Shown one piece after another: positions 25,101 through 34,835 of a stretch of 40,786 bases of DNA. The DNA comes from Candidatus Thorarchaeota archaeon (GTDB lineage: Archaea > Asgardarchaeota > Thorarchaeia > Thorarchaeales > Thorarchaeaceae). The stretch covers positions 1-40,786 of the forward strand of contig JAEORO010000061.1 in the NCBI GenBank assembly GCA_016840855.1. Direction: 5' to 3'. Under the pieces are notes generated by a model, which was not told the DNA's origin, did no database searches, and worked only from the letters and a program-made list of their open reading frames with translations. A program made the translations under genes and the position numbers. Position 1 is the stretch's first letter, and every line of letters begins with the position of its first letter.

Positions 25101-28100
25101 ACAACCAAGCTTGCAGGTGTTGTTCCACTAACGAGGTATTTTATGTTTGATGCGAGTATTGCAGAATATCCAGTAACTGGAAGTACATGGTCCAAATCAC
25201 TCCAAGTCACATTAAGCGAAACAGTGCCCGTATATTGGACTGATGATGGAACCAACGCATTGACCTGAAGTGATGTCCTAACTAAGTCAACTAAGCCAGT
25301 CAAAGTTACAACGGAACGATTTGAATAGAATGGTGGGAGACTAGGATTCCATTGCACCTCAATATCAAATAGAAATGTTCCAGTACCAATCAATGAGAGA
25401 GTATCAACATTGAACACATATATTCCAAGCCCTTCACTTGTAGTGTAGTCAATACCTTCCTGCAAGAAATGACCTTGGCAGCTGAATAGAATTATTGCAC
25501 CTTCAATAGGATTGCCAGTATCAAGGTCAGAAAGGTTGATTGTTATGTCTAGAACATCGCCTTTTGGTGTACGCTCGATTTGATCTGTTTCAACAAGAAT
25601 GGAGCGACCTGTTATTGTTATCTTGACAATCGTGTAATCATCACCATAGAACGGGTCTTGCGCAACAGGCCAATCCACAGCTACTCGAATCGATAACCCT
25701 GTTACAGGAATTGTAGTAAGCACTATCGATGAGATGGTAAGCTCGTAAGTGCCACTAGTTTCAATAATGCTATAATCAAGTTGATTAATTTCAGTCATGT
25801 TGGGCCAATATAGATGAATGATTGTTAGATCAGCAAGTGAAATGGATGTACCTGCGTCGAGATCATTGAACTCAAACTCGAAACTAACATCATCCAAAAA
25901 CAACGTCTGTGATGGAGGGACTGTCACTTCCAAATTAGTAGCTCTTGTTCTAACAAGTACAGAAACATCTCGTGAAGCATCATTATGATAAGGCGCTCCG
26001 GTCCAATCAGCCTGGATGTTCAGTACATGCGTGCCAGGGTTAGCTACGGAGGTTGTAAAGAATGTTACTTCATAATATCCTGGACTTCCTTCAGAAACTA
26101 CATAATCAGAAAATTCTGTGAATCCTGAAATCAAGATTACAGCACCTGCAATACCCAACCCATTAGCATCCTCATCGCTAAAGTAGACAGTGAATATCAC
26201 ATTATCAAGATAGGGAGTTGTTTCCGGTTCAGTAATGAGAGCAAGGGAAGATAATCTACTTCTTACCTTGAAGGTCACCTGTGTTTCTTTTTGAGCATAG
26301 AATGGCGCCTGAGGCGCATAACTCATTTGTATTGTGAATGTATGTGAAGTTCCAGGAAGCCAGGTTGCATCCCAACTCGGGTTCCATGAGATATTCAGGA
26401 GATAATTCTGCTCAACAGGTCTCCAAGTTGAAGTAAATGTCTGACCAAGCACCTCCACCGTCACAGGATAGCCGTGTGCAGCATCATTGGCAATTGGGAC
26501 TGAAGTGAATAAATCAACGTAACTAACGACAATTATGATAGGAGAGCCAAATGGTACATTAGCCACTGGGTTCGCAGCAACAATAGTAGCTCTTTCAAGA
26601 ACTGTAAAAAGCCTGTCGAGGAATTTTGGAACAACATAGTAAAACACTCCAATAGACATCTCAACTCTCAAAGTATCAGTACCTGGACCCATAGCATAAG
26701 TTGTATTCAATGTCACCTGGTATATGCCTGGTGAAATCTCAACATAGGTATATTTACCTGAGTCAATTGGCGTTGCACCTTCCTTCAACACAAGTGTAGC
26801 CGCAGTAATTGGAATAGAAGCACCTTCTGTTGTATCAGTCCAAGTCACATTGAAAATTACAAGGTCACCATACTGCGTGGGCGGTGGAGTAAGATATTCC
26901 AGTGTTGTAATTCGTTCTTTGACACTGATGTAGGTAATACGACCAGTTCTGTTTGCATAGAATGGAGAACCACTCCATGTCACATCAATGAGAATCGCTT
27001 TGATTCCTAAACTACCAAACTGTCCTGTATCGACTGTGATTGTGAAAGTCCCACCACTTTCGACATATGAGAAGGAAACATTCATTGATATTGTCAGTTT
27101 AGGATCATCGTTGATGAGCATACCACTAGTAATGTCTTCGAATCTGAGTGTGAATTCTGCATCCTCGTTGTAACTCGTCGATGGTGCAGGTGTGATTGAA
27201 AGAAGCGTGTTCCTTGGTAAAACTCTGATTGAAATTACATCTGTTCGGTTAGAGTAGAAGGGTGAAACACCTTTAGACCAATTGACGAAGACATTCATGT
27301 AGATTATGCCAGTCCGACTAAAGATACTCGTGTTAAACTCGACAGAATACTTCCCAGCTTCTGTTGATGAAAAGTCAGCGATTATGATATCAGATGGGTC
27401 GACGGTTTGATCTTGGAAACTGACATAGATGAAGACATTTCCGGTGAGATTATCGATTCCGATGCCACTGAACAGGTCACTATAGAAGAAGATGTATCCC
27501 ATGTCTTCATTATATGGAGTAGGCTCAGAACCTAGGAGAAGAGTAAGAGCAGACTCTCTGCCTACGACATTCGCAGATGTAACAAATGACTTGTCTTTAT
27601 ACTTAGCAACTACTCCAGTCCAGTCCGCATATACCGTGAATGTTTGAAGTCCAAGTCCGAATTGCCATGCAGGGACTTGAATTATATAGAATCCATCTCC
27701 AAGAACTAAGTCATAATCATAACTTGAAATAACAGGACCTGATAGATTGGATACTGAAAATATGACCAACGCAGACTTGATACCAACTGCATTATCTAGG
27801 TCCCCGTAATATACTGAAATATTGAATGTACCAATGGTGCTGGTAGGTTCAATTGAACTCACAATCCTAAAGTCTGTGTTATGAGTCCTAATTGTTACAG
27901 TAATCGAAAATTGCACTGTCTGATAGTTTTCTTTAAGGAACGTGAATGTGTAGACTTGATTCTGAGCTATAGTATCAGAGTCAGAGGTTCGAAATGTTAT
28001 CCTGTATTCTTGATTCAATGGCACGTAGACAACTGAGAAGTTGCCCCAAGTTGAAATGACTTGGGTATATGGGGATGTCAGATTATCGATTGGCAGAATC

Positions 28101-31100
28101 CGATCAAGGTCGGTGTAATCAACCGTGAAAACAACTGAATTTCCAATCGGTATATCCAAAGATCCAACTGATGGTGTAACCGATGTGTAAGCATCACGGA
28201 TGACAATTCTGAATTGCAGTGTTTTTGCATCATATCCCGATTTATATGCAGTGAGACTTATGTAATGAGTGCCTTTTGCTAGGGTAGAAACATCAATCCA
28301 AACACTGTAGACTCCACCTGTTTCGTCAGTTGAGTTAGCAATCCACGCTTGATGGTCTGGTGATGTAATTGTTGCACCTTCAATACCAGTTCCAAAATCA
28401 GCATCTGCATATTCGAGAATAATCTCTACATCTAATTGGTAGGGAGTTGTGACTTGAGGATAGTTGGGAGATGAGAGATAGCTAACAATTGGTCGATATG
28501 AGAACTGGATGATGAGATGAGCGTTGCTATATTCACTATCCCATGAGGTGAAGTAGACAGTAATTTCGTAACTACCCCCAGGTGATAATTGACCCCAGTC
28601 AATAGTCAGTTTATATAACCCAACTGCATTCTGAGATGTGTCAAGGGATATTGTGTAACCTGGAACGGAGAACTCTCCTGCGGCACGTCCAATGATGGGG
28701 TTTCCATAGTATTGCCCGGCTTCACTTATATTGAGATGAAGATCAACGACAAAGTCAGAACCAATTGTGAAGTTGAATGCTGATGGACCTGTGTACAGAG
28801 TTGAGATCATGCTTCGTATTGTAACTGTAAATTGATAGCTTGATGGAGCACTGTAGATGGTCCCACTCATTGCTACATTTACAGTCACCGTCCAAGACCC
28901 AACATCCCATGTGCTTGTGTCCAGAATGATAGCATAGCTTCCAAAATTGTCTGTGCCAAAGTTGTGTTGAAGTTGAATATTTGAAACTGAACCAATGGGT
29001 ACGGGTAGACCTGTTTCAAGATCTGTAAGGACAATTGTCAACTCAGTCTGATTGCCATATGGTTTTGTTATGGCACCTGTTACAGTCAAAGATGTTTTGT
29101 GAGCAAGTATTTGAATTGTGAAAAGGTATGGCGTAGGAGCTTGGATTTTAATATTAGACATTACGATGTTCAAAGTTGCAGTGACTGACCCCACATTCCA
29201 ATCAGCAGTCGTTAGGGTTGCAGAGTAGGTTCCAAATACATCTGAAAGATAACCGCCAGTGTAACTGAAAGTTAGTGTGCTCACATCAGAGATACCTACC
29301 TCAGACTCCGTGTCCAAATCAAATAAGAAGACATTGACCTGTGTATCGTTTCCATAAGGTGTTGTCATATCACCGGTGACGGTGACAGCAGTTCGATGAG
29401 CTCGAAGGGTGAATGTTACGTCGACTTGAGCTTCATGAAGGTATGCTCCAGATTTGGTTGCATTGAAAACGTATTGATGATTTCCAAGACTAAGGGAATT
29501 GGTTGGAATTGCTATGTCATAGGTGCCATCACCGTTGTCGGTGACATATTCAACTGGACTACCATCATCGTATGTGATCGTCGCACCTTGAATTGGTGCA
29601 CTTGTATATTGATCTCTAAATATCAGAGTCGCTGTGAAATTAAAGTCAGCAGGAGTGGTTGTAATGCCAGATGCTTGCAGTCTGGTGCTATGATACAGGT
29701 CTATGTCGAAATACTCTGTTGCATTATTATAGTACTGGTGATAGGACCAGACATTGATATGCCATTGTTTGTTATCACCAAGACTCGTTGTAGATAGCAC
29801 CTTTCCATATAGACCACCACCATAGTCATTCAAAGTGATTGTGGAGGGAGTGGTCCAGTTCATTTTGACAGTGGCACCTGTAACTCCCTGAGTGGTGATA
29901 TCATCAGTAAGCTCATACTCAATTATGAGTGAATCACCAGCAGTCTTCACTGATAGTCGGTCGCCAACAGCATCGAGTGGTTCGTTAAGTGTCAAAGTTG
30001 TAGGGTGACGTACGATGAACGTCCTCTCAAAGAGACCAGTCTTATTTGAAACTGAATTACCTGTGTCATTATAATATGCTACAGCCGTCCATTGACCAGC
30101 GGGTGCGGTAGAGTCAAATTGAGTTTCGAGAGTATGATCAGTAGAGGCTCGTTGTTGTTCAGTGCCACGACTAAGAAATGTCCCTGTGTTTAGTTGGTTT
30201 TGAGCCTCGGTTCTGAGCCATTCAAAGTCCCGGAAGGTGTTTGAGACTCGGAACTCATCAAGGGATCCTGGAAAATAGCCAGTACCGTAAATACCTGAAT
30301 CATACTCTCCACCTCCTAATCGCCATTCTTCAACGTATGATACATTAACATAGGTTGTTGAGAGTAGTTGATCAGTGCTTGCCCATCCGTTGTTCACCCA
30401 AATAGCATTATTTTCAGGTGCATCCTCATCAACATAACAAGCAATGAAAAACCATACATTTGCCGCCCATGATGTAATTGTGGAAGTCCATGTGTAGGCA
30501 GCCCCTTCCGATGAACTCTCGACCTTGAATACGAGTGACCCAGGAGCTACTGATCCACCATAATTTGTTCCTGCTAACGCTATAGCCATGTTATGCGTCA
30601 TATCTGCATACTTTTCCATGATTACTCTTGTATTAGGCGAGGTAGAACTATGAGAAGAAGAAAGTCTGAACCAGCCAGATATCAACACATCATTATTAGG
30701 AGTGAGTGTTTCGTCTATTGATATATAATCACCAATACCATCAAATGTTTGGCCATAACCAGCCCTTGCAAGTTGGGCTGTTTGCTCATTTCCATTGCGA
30801 ACACCATTATAGTTGTTACCTGATGAGTCATAATGGGTAGGGCCAGAAATAACAGACTCTCCTAGATGCCAGACAGCTTCAAAGTCATTAGACCATACTC
30901 CTGATGGATTCTCTAGATTATCAACTACAGGAGACCCATAGTACATCGTAATGTAGTTGTCAACTCCTGCTGTTAAATTCGTCTTGACCCATGCGACAAG
31001 AAGTGCGGTGTTGACTGGATAGTTTTGCTGGAAATTTTCAATCTCATGGTCTAGAATCGTGTCGCCTGATGCAAACAGGATATCTGATGCATCAGAACGA

Positions 31101-34100
31101 ACCTTACTTGGATTATGTAGATCAGTATCTGTGAATTGTACCAAAACTGGAAAATTAACAACAGTACCATAAATCTGAGAAGACGGAATTGTTATTACCT
31201 TACGATATCTGAATGATGGAAACTTATGAGCTGTAGATGCACTTGTCTGATTAAATGAGGAATACCATGTGTCTCCATTTGGTTTAAGAAGATCGAGACC
31301 AGCTCGGGCACCGTAAATCGTAGGTGTTGTAATTGTGAATTTGGCTGCTTCATCAATGTCAAAAGCCGTATTATTAATTTGAAGGTCTTGTAGGAAGTTC
31401 CAGCTTATGAACTTGAGAGTCCAGACACCCCAGAAATCAATCGATGCCGGGTTAAGCGTCAATGTTCCTCCTTGATACCACCAATCAGAACCTAGTGCTT
31501 TTGGTTTATCAAGGGGATTGAGAACCTTAGTAGCTTTCCACTCTGCTCTTGGATATTCCACAGAGAATCCAAGTGATGTTGCCCCAGCAGGAGGCGAAAC
31601 CATTACCTTTGCTGTCCAGTTGACGATATTTGAACCACTCTTAATGAAATAGCTGACACCATTATCGAAGTTTTCATCCATTGTTTCAACTATGCCGCCA
31701 ATGTCCATTACTAGATTGACATTTAATGTAACTATTCCAGCGGATGAAGTTGTGAAGACAACCTGAGTTTCGCCAGCTTCAACCCATGTGTCAGGAATTG
31801 TTTCTTCAGCACCAACAGAATAGAAGGCAGCTGTATTGTCTTGATTGTTGTACTCTGTTTCTATCCACTCTGGAGAAAGAATAGCATTAGAAACTCGGAT
31901 CTCATCGAACATCCCTAGAAACCGACTTGCTGCATCAAGCTGATGTCCGCCCCAGAGCCAAGTTCCAAGAGAGGCAAGTTGCGTCCACTGTGCTGGTACA
32001 TTTTCTATCGTTAGAACTAATGGCGCGCCATCAAGGTATATCACAACAGATTTGGTTGAATAGTCTAATGTCACTACTAGATGCTGCCATATGCTGTTCG
32101 TGAATGGATTTGTCGCCAGGTTATAATCAGAGCCACTTCCACCCCAAGGATAGAAGAAGTTATCACCATCAGGTTGTACTGCAAATTCAAAGCCATCAGT
32201 TTGGAGAAGTGTGGGAGGTGGAGTAGGATTCAATGCGAAGCGATCGCTTGTTGTCAGGATACGTTGGTATCCCCCATCCGAAGAATCCAACCAATTAATC
32301 CAAAGCGATATAGTACCCCCAGATTTTACTGAATCCAAACTTGGACTCTCAAGAACATTAATCATGTCATCAATCCCATCTAAATCGAATCCACTACCAA
32401 TATGACCTGTGACCAAATCTGAACTGCTCATGCTTCCCAAAGTTGTACCATGATTATTGTATTGGCTGCTATCATACACTGGTCCCGTTGGACTTTCATC
32501 TAAATGCCATACACCAACATAATCATCCCACACCGTTGCCCTTCCTACAAGCTCTGCTTCTGGATTTCCATACGCCATGGTGATGACAGTGTCAATTGAG
32601 CTTGACAAAAGAGGCACCTTCACCCATGCCACAAGATGCGCCTCTGTTGGACTATAATCTTGGTCAAAGAGCTCGATCTCATGGGCTAGAGGTGTTCCAT
32701 CAATTGTGAAAATAATATCGTTTCCATTTGCTTGTACATGATCTTTCAAATCAGAATCGACTAAATCAATTAGGACCGGAAAATCTGTTAGATCTGCAAC
32801 TACGCTAGTGTGGTCAATTGTGATGTCCTTTTGATACTCAAAGAAAAGAATGTTATCTTCGGGTTCCGGAAGTACATATTCAACAAATAAACGCGCTCTA
32901 TCTTCACCGGAGAAACCAGCTGTACCCTTTATACCATTCCAACGTGTATTGGATGTACCTGAATACATGTGCGTCAACATGAAACAGATATAGTTCCCTG
33001 TGGACCATCCAGACCTGCTTATTACACTCTGCACGAGTGGACCTATCTCTGGTGATCTATATCGAGTGTCAAAACTTGTTTCCCAAGAAGTGAAACTCCA
33101 ATCTATGCTTGTTTCAACCCAACTTTTAATCCAGTCCTCAAGATGGGTTCCATTTGCCCATGAATATGGCACACTGAAAGATTGTACAGTATCTTGATCT
33201 GCAACATAAACCCTCATTCCTAAAAGATATGGACTCGAGCTGTCAATAGCTTCCACTTCAACATAGGCGGAAGTGATGATTGCTCCTTGGGGGATATCCA
33301 ATGGAAACTGCATTCCCGTTTCGAAAAGACTTCCAGCAAGGAATGACCCATATATGCCAGTATCAAGTTCACCGATAGGCCCACCATCGTATCCATCAAG
33401 ATCAATACCGTTGAAGCCATCTAGAAAATCGCTATTGTCGTCGTAACAATCTCTACCATCATCGTCAGGCACATATGGATAAACACTATGTGTTGTAGAG
33501 CCCCAAACAATTGTGCCATTCGCCTTCAGGTCAACCTGTTCAGGAAATGGTCGAACTGTGAGATCCAATTGGACATCATCAATGTACGCATATGCATTGG
33601 ATGCTGATGTTTGAGTTACACTTTCATCCGTAGCAAGTCCAATATCAAAAAGGAGAGTATGAGTCGAGAGACCAGTCATCGAGGAAGCTGGTATGGTAAG
33701 TGGACTAGTCGTTAACCATGTGTCAGTCGTATCGCCTGACTCAAACACATGATATTTGTATGTGTATCCTGCAAGTCTGACGAAGATGTGTACTTTGTCG
33801 TTCATAGTGGAACTTGAACTTACCCGGTATCGAAAACTGATTTGAGCGGAATAGAGCTCTCGATAGGGCATTGACACCATTTGACCAATGTAAATCTCAT
33901 CATTAGGATTAGCATCATAACTAGTAGTCAGTTGTGCTTCAAGGTATACTCCCCAGGTCCCTCCAATCCCATTGGGATCGCTATCCAATTCGTAGAAACC
34001 ATGCTGTGGATGTTTATTATCATCAATAACGTTCTTTATGACAGTCCAACCATCAGGTACATACACAGCATCATCATTTTGAGTTGTGTCAGTGGTAACT

Positions 34101-34483
34101 ATAAACTGCTCATAGTGGCGATTATTCAAATCTCCATTCTGAAGAACATCTTTCGCAGTCCATGTTAGAGAGTCAATTTGAGCCTCAAGATTAGAGCCAG
34201 TCCATCCATCTGTGAGAGAAACGGAGGCGATTCCTGAAGAGGAGGAATCAATGTAGAAAGTGCCCTGGTCGATGTTCGTTATTTGCCCGCTGAGTTTAAC
34301 CGGAAGTGCAGGTCCGACTCCAGCACTTCGATCTATACTATCCGCAGCTAACCTAGTATCAGTTGCCTTTGGTAGATATGGATTGAAATCGCTAGTCGTG
34401 AGATTGCTGTCAGATGACAAGTTTAGCATTGGAAAAATAAATAGAACTGCAACTAGAATGCCTATGAGATTGTTTCTCCTCAA
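22160..34483 (-). CDS. Giant type-I membrane surface protein (~4100 aa): signal peptide, 2x DUF2341+LamG-like jellyroll, many ~100-aa Ig-like repeats, TM, ~240-aa cytoplasmic tail
   Basis: Probable TTG start at 34483 after GGAGG (ORF extends to 34546); signal LRRNNLIGILVAVLFIFP; FPVLIDL...HEIE...AWVK...YGNP followed by VWHL...DEIRVSN...EYNNQ twice; repeated TPY/GxYxI/DT motifs; many N-x-S/T sequons; TM FYGLPISIFIIVLLGAYV. Confidence 0.9.
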   Translation of the reverse strand: MRRNNLIGILVAVLFIFPMLNLSSDSNLTTSDFNPYLPKATDTRLAADSIDRSAGVGPALPVKLSGQITNIDQGTFYIDSSSSGIASVSLTDGWTGSNLEAQIDSLTWTAKDVLQNGDLNNRHYEQFIVTTDTTQNDDAVYVPDGWTVIKNVIDDNKHPQHGFYELDSDPNGIGGTWGVYLEAQLTTSYDANPNDEIYIGQMVSMPYRELYSAQISFRYRVSSSSTMNDKVHIFVRLAGYTYKYHVFESGDTTDTWLTTSPLTIPASSMTGLSTHTLLFDIGLATDESVTQTSASNAYAYIDDVQLDLTVRPFPEQVDLKANGTIVWGSTTHSVYPYVPDDDGRDCYDDNSDFLDGFNGIDLDGYDGGPIGELDTGIYGSFLAGSLFETGMQFPLDIPQGAIITSAYVEVEAIDSSSPYLLGMRVYVADQDTVQSFSVPYSWANGTHLEDWIKSWVETSIDWSFTSWETSFDTRYRSPEIGPLVQSVISRSGWSTGNYICFMLTHMYSGTSNTRWNGIKGTAGFSGEDRARLFVEYVLPEPEDNILFFEYQKDITIDHTSVVADLTDFPVLIDLVDSDLKDHVQANGNDIIFTIDGTPLAHEIELFDQDYSPTEAHLVAWVKVPLLSSSIDTVITMAYGNPEAELVGRATVWDDYVGVWHLDESPTGPVYDSSQYNNHGTTLGSMSSSDLVTGHIGSGFDLDGIDDMINVLESPSLDSVKSGGTISLWINWLDSSDGGYQRILTTSDRFALNPTPPPTLLQTDGFEFAVQPDGDNFFYPWGGSGSDYNLATNPFTNSIWQHLVVTLDYSTKSVVIYLDGAPLVLTIENVPAQWTQLASLGTWLWGGHQLDAASRFLGMFDEIRVSNAILSPEWIETEYNNQDNTAAFYSVGAEETIPDTWVEAGETQVVFTTSSAGIVTLNVNLVMDIGGIVETMDENFDNGVSYFIKSGSNIVNWTAKVMVSPPAGATSLGFSVEYPRAEWKATKVLNPLDKPKALGSDWWYQGGTLTLNPASIDFWGVWTLKFISWNFLQDLQINNTAFDIDEAAKFTITTPTIYGARAGLDLLKPNGDTWYSSFNQTSASTAHKFPSFRYRKVITIPSSQIYGTVVNFPVLVQFTDTDLHNPSKVRSDASDILFASGDTILDHEIENFQQNYPVNTALLVAWVKTNLTAGVDNYITMYYGSPVVDNLENPSGVWSNDFEAVWHLGESVISGPTHYDSSGNNYNGVRNGNEQTAQLARAGYGQTFDGIGDYISIDETLTPNNDVLISGWFRLSSSHSSTSPNTRVIMEKYADMTHNMAIALAGTNYGGSVAPGSLVFKVESSSEGAAYTWTSTITSWAANVWFFIACYVDEDAPENNAIWVNNGWASTDQLLSTTYVNVSYVEEWRLGGGEYDSGIYGTGYFPGSLDEFRVSNTFRDFEWLRTEAQNQLNTGTFLSRGTEQQRASTDHTLETQFDSTAPAGQWTAVAYYNDTGNSVSNKTGLFERTFIVRHPTTLTLNEPLDAVGDRLSVKTAGDSLIIEYELTDDITTQGVTGATVKMNWTTPSTITLNDYGGGLYGKVLSTTSLGDNKQWHINVWSYHQYYNNATEYFDIDLYHSTRLQASGITTTPADFNFTATLIFRDQYTSAPIQGATITYDDGSPVEYVTDNGDGTYDIAIPTNSLSLGNHQYVFNATKSGAYLHEAQVDVTFTLRAHRTAVTVTGDMTTPYGNDTQVNVFLFDLDTESEVGISDVSTLTFSYTGGYLSDVFGTYSATLTTADWNVGSVTATLNIVMSNIKIQAPTPYLFTIQILAHKTSLTVTGAITKPYGNQTELTIVLTDLETGLPVPIGSVSNIQLQHNFGTDNFGSYAIILDTSTWDVGSWTVTVNVAMSGTIYSAPSSYQFTVTIRSMISTLYTGPSAFNFTIGSDFVVDLHLNISEAGQYYGNPIIGRAAGEFSVPGYTISLDTSQNAVGLYKLTIDWGQLSPGGSYEITVYFTSWDSEYSNAHLIIQFSYRPIVSYLSSPNYPQVTTPYQLDVEIILEYADADFGTGIEGATITSPDHQAWIANSTDETGGVYSVWIDVSTLAKGTHYISLTAYKSGYDAKTLQFRIVIRDAYTSVTPSVGSLDIPIGNSVVFTVDYTDLDRILPIDNLTSPYTQVISTWGNFSVVYVPLNQEYRITFRTSDSDTIAQNQVYTFTFLKENYQTVQFSITVTIRTHNTDFRIVSSIEPTSTIGTFNISVYYGDLDNAVGIKSALVIFSVSNLSGPVISSYDYDLVLGDGFYIIQVPAWQFGLGLQTFTVYADWTGVVAKYKDKSFVTSANVVGRESALTLLLGSEPTPYNEDMGYIFFYSDLFSGIGIDNLTGNVFIYVSFQDQTVDPSDIIIADFSSTEAGKYSVEFNTSIFSRTGIIYMNVFVNWSKGVSPFYSNRTDVISIRVLPRNTLLSITPAPSTSYNEDAEFTLRFEDITSGMLINDDPKLTISMNVSFSYVESGGTFTITVDTGQFGSLGIKAILIDVTWSGSPFYANRTGRITYISVKERITTLEYLTPPPTQYGDLVIFNVTWTDTTEGASIPITAATLVLKEGATPIDSGKYTYVEISPGIYQVTLNTTYAMGPGTDTLRVEMSIGVFYYVVPKFLDRLFTVLERATIVAANPVANVPFGSPIIIVVSYVDLFTSVPIANDAAHGYPVTVEVLGQTFTSTWRPVEQNYLLNISWNPSWDATWLPGTSHTFTIQMSYAPQAPFYAQKETQVTFKVRSRLSSLALITEPETTPYLDNVIFTVYFSDEDANGLGIAGAVILISGFTEFSDYVVSEGSPGYYEVTFFTTSVANPGTHVLNIQADWTGAPYHNDASRDVSVLVRTRATNLEVTVPPSQTLFLDDVSFEFEFNDLDAGTSISLADLTIIHLYWPNMTEINQLDYSIIETSGTYELTISSIVLTTIPVTGLSIRVAVDWPVAQDPFYGDDYTIVKITITGRSILVETDQIERTPKGDVLDITINLSDLDTGNPIEGAIILFSCQGHFLQEGIDYTTSEGLGIYVFNVDTLSLIGTGTFLFDIEVQWNPSLPPFYSNRSVVTLTGLVDLVRTSLQVNALVPSSVQYTGTVSLNVTWSDLDHVLPVTGYSAILASNIKYLVSGTTPASLVVYEYGSSGIYNISFSTSDLTTLGPYTLRIVAAVSVYASVTVTPQFNVIAINTVLTPDETSVTVDWKSGADVWVEYRDLLNDVSISSALSVIWEYKVSGITIDSGPLVEFGSTGRYTTIIDTTGFGAGTYVITVTAMKDKYTVALTTITLVVMTLPSEIILYDPTETVTPVNRGDPVYIEIELWDITDSISIDSTQVRNASGYLQVYAMLEGLKYYMSYDVFSGRWDVTIPGNATILEALLSYDIQIFASFRNYDPAVNQFKIYIRQTATQLKVIGIPDPTKLEVYYLQNVTLQLNFTANAISMLIDDANVSWIDSTRDIYLNFTSIGGGIWTLTFNTSILGFGTVGVSFYGYPTNTTLANTLTSMTLTIKKIPTSIEGPTEIIELDWGWTGYISLNFSDDYNSRYVSGALVTYNYGNLDFNATDLGNGTYSLFIDTTILDSNVRERITTAFFLLNYEERSFSFYIRVEERPTELIVDFPDQNFISFEQGIYYLQLPMGDTIDISLLYNDISTVGGLFGGITNANFTDYTEMRANDYFIGTMPIVFQQGFGYYNFTFDTSNASLYDRHTGPIIIEGKYFQFEIGIFDDHRQLQVVYFNIKLIQTPTEILHEGEVIDTELVYTMINGETLTFDFYLNDTWHGWGVAGASFTIESGTTAIISSNSSLGNGYYRIVIRAVGYGDFSSIRIVMSLAFHEDAIINFEIRPQANDFDKLLINITFYGLPISIFIIVLLGAYVKIWSVPKRIRQINGQLKSLKKGKVPKPVSGVKSRQQLTAELFNDTFEELKITRTAAQMPEEAIPIEVPEMGELLMQLAILTHLSAEELDEFQADIKKMKMSEQAAFVKEVIMQEAIRSARREGKTIEETLANIQQEALRRLGGEEKEEPVEAIEPEDEERVFLEEEEKDEVVHKEIITPEHEKPVDETPEIEQDKMTLYEIEELRRDLEQKGVPPHEIETIIEQAKALPRDLVDELVKSLEGKKE

Positions 34484-34633
34484 AGAACGGCCTCCTCTTA
34501 TACTGTCAACCAAAAGCCCATACAACACATGTCTGCATTCTCTCAAGTATGGACTCTGAGCAACAGTTCCAGTATACTCTAATGTATAAGAAGTTGTTCA
34601 GGAGATATTACATTCTGTAGAAAGAAAACTCCG

Positions 34634-34693
34634 TCTTTTTTTCGAGAACTCTATGAGTCATTATTGATAGTAGAAATACAGACGAAAAAAAGA
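34634..34693. repeat. Inverted repeat in the divergent promoter region
   Basis: TCTTTTTTTCG (34634-34644) and CGAAAAAAAGA (34683-34693): perfect 11 bp, imperfectly extendable to ~20 bp, 38-bp spacer. Confidence 0.5.
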
Positions 34694-34781
34694 ACGAAGT
34701 TTCAATCCAGCGAATAAGTACACATGCCATGAATTGTTATATTGTTGAGCTTAGGAAAATGACAAGTTCTTAGTAGATAGC

Positions 34782-34813
34782 TTCTCAATTATGGTTAATT
34801 TGAGAATTATATG
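34782..34813 (+). promoter_or_regulatory. Palindromic operator candidate abutting a TATA box
   Basis: TTCTCAA-N11-TTGAGAA (34782-34806) immediately followed by TTATAT (34807-34812), 23 nt before ATG 34836. Confidence 0.45.
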
Positions 34814-34835
34814 AACTCGAGGAGACTCATCAGCA

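Noticed and set aside
34484-34546. N-terminal MRECRHVLYG... extension of the 4128-aa ORF
   Set aside because: A GGAGG SD precedes TTG 34483, which begins a typical signal peptide matching the paralog's start position
22033-34644. CGAAAAAAAG (22033) and CTTTTTTTCG (34635) as inverted repeats flanking the giant gene like a mobile or invertible cassette
   Set aside because: Low-complexity 10-mer better explained as oligo-T terminators; no recombinase, transposase or target-site duplication seen
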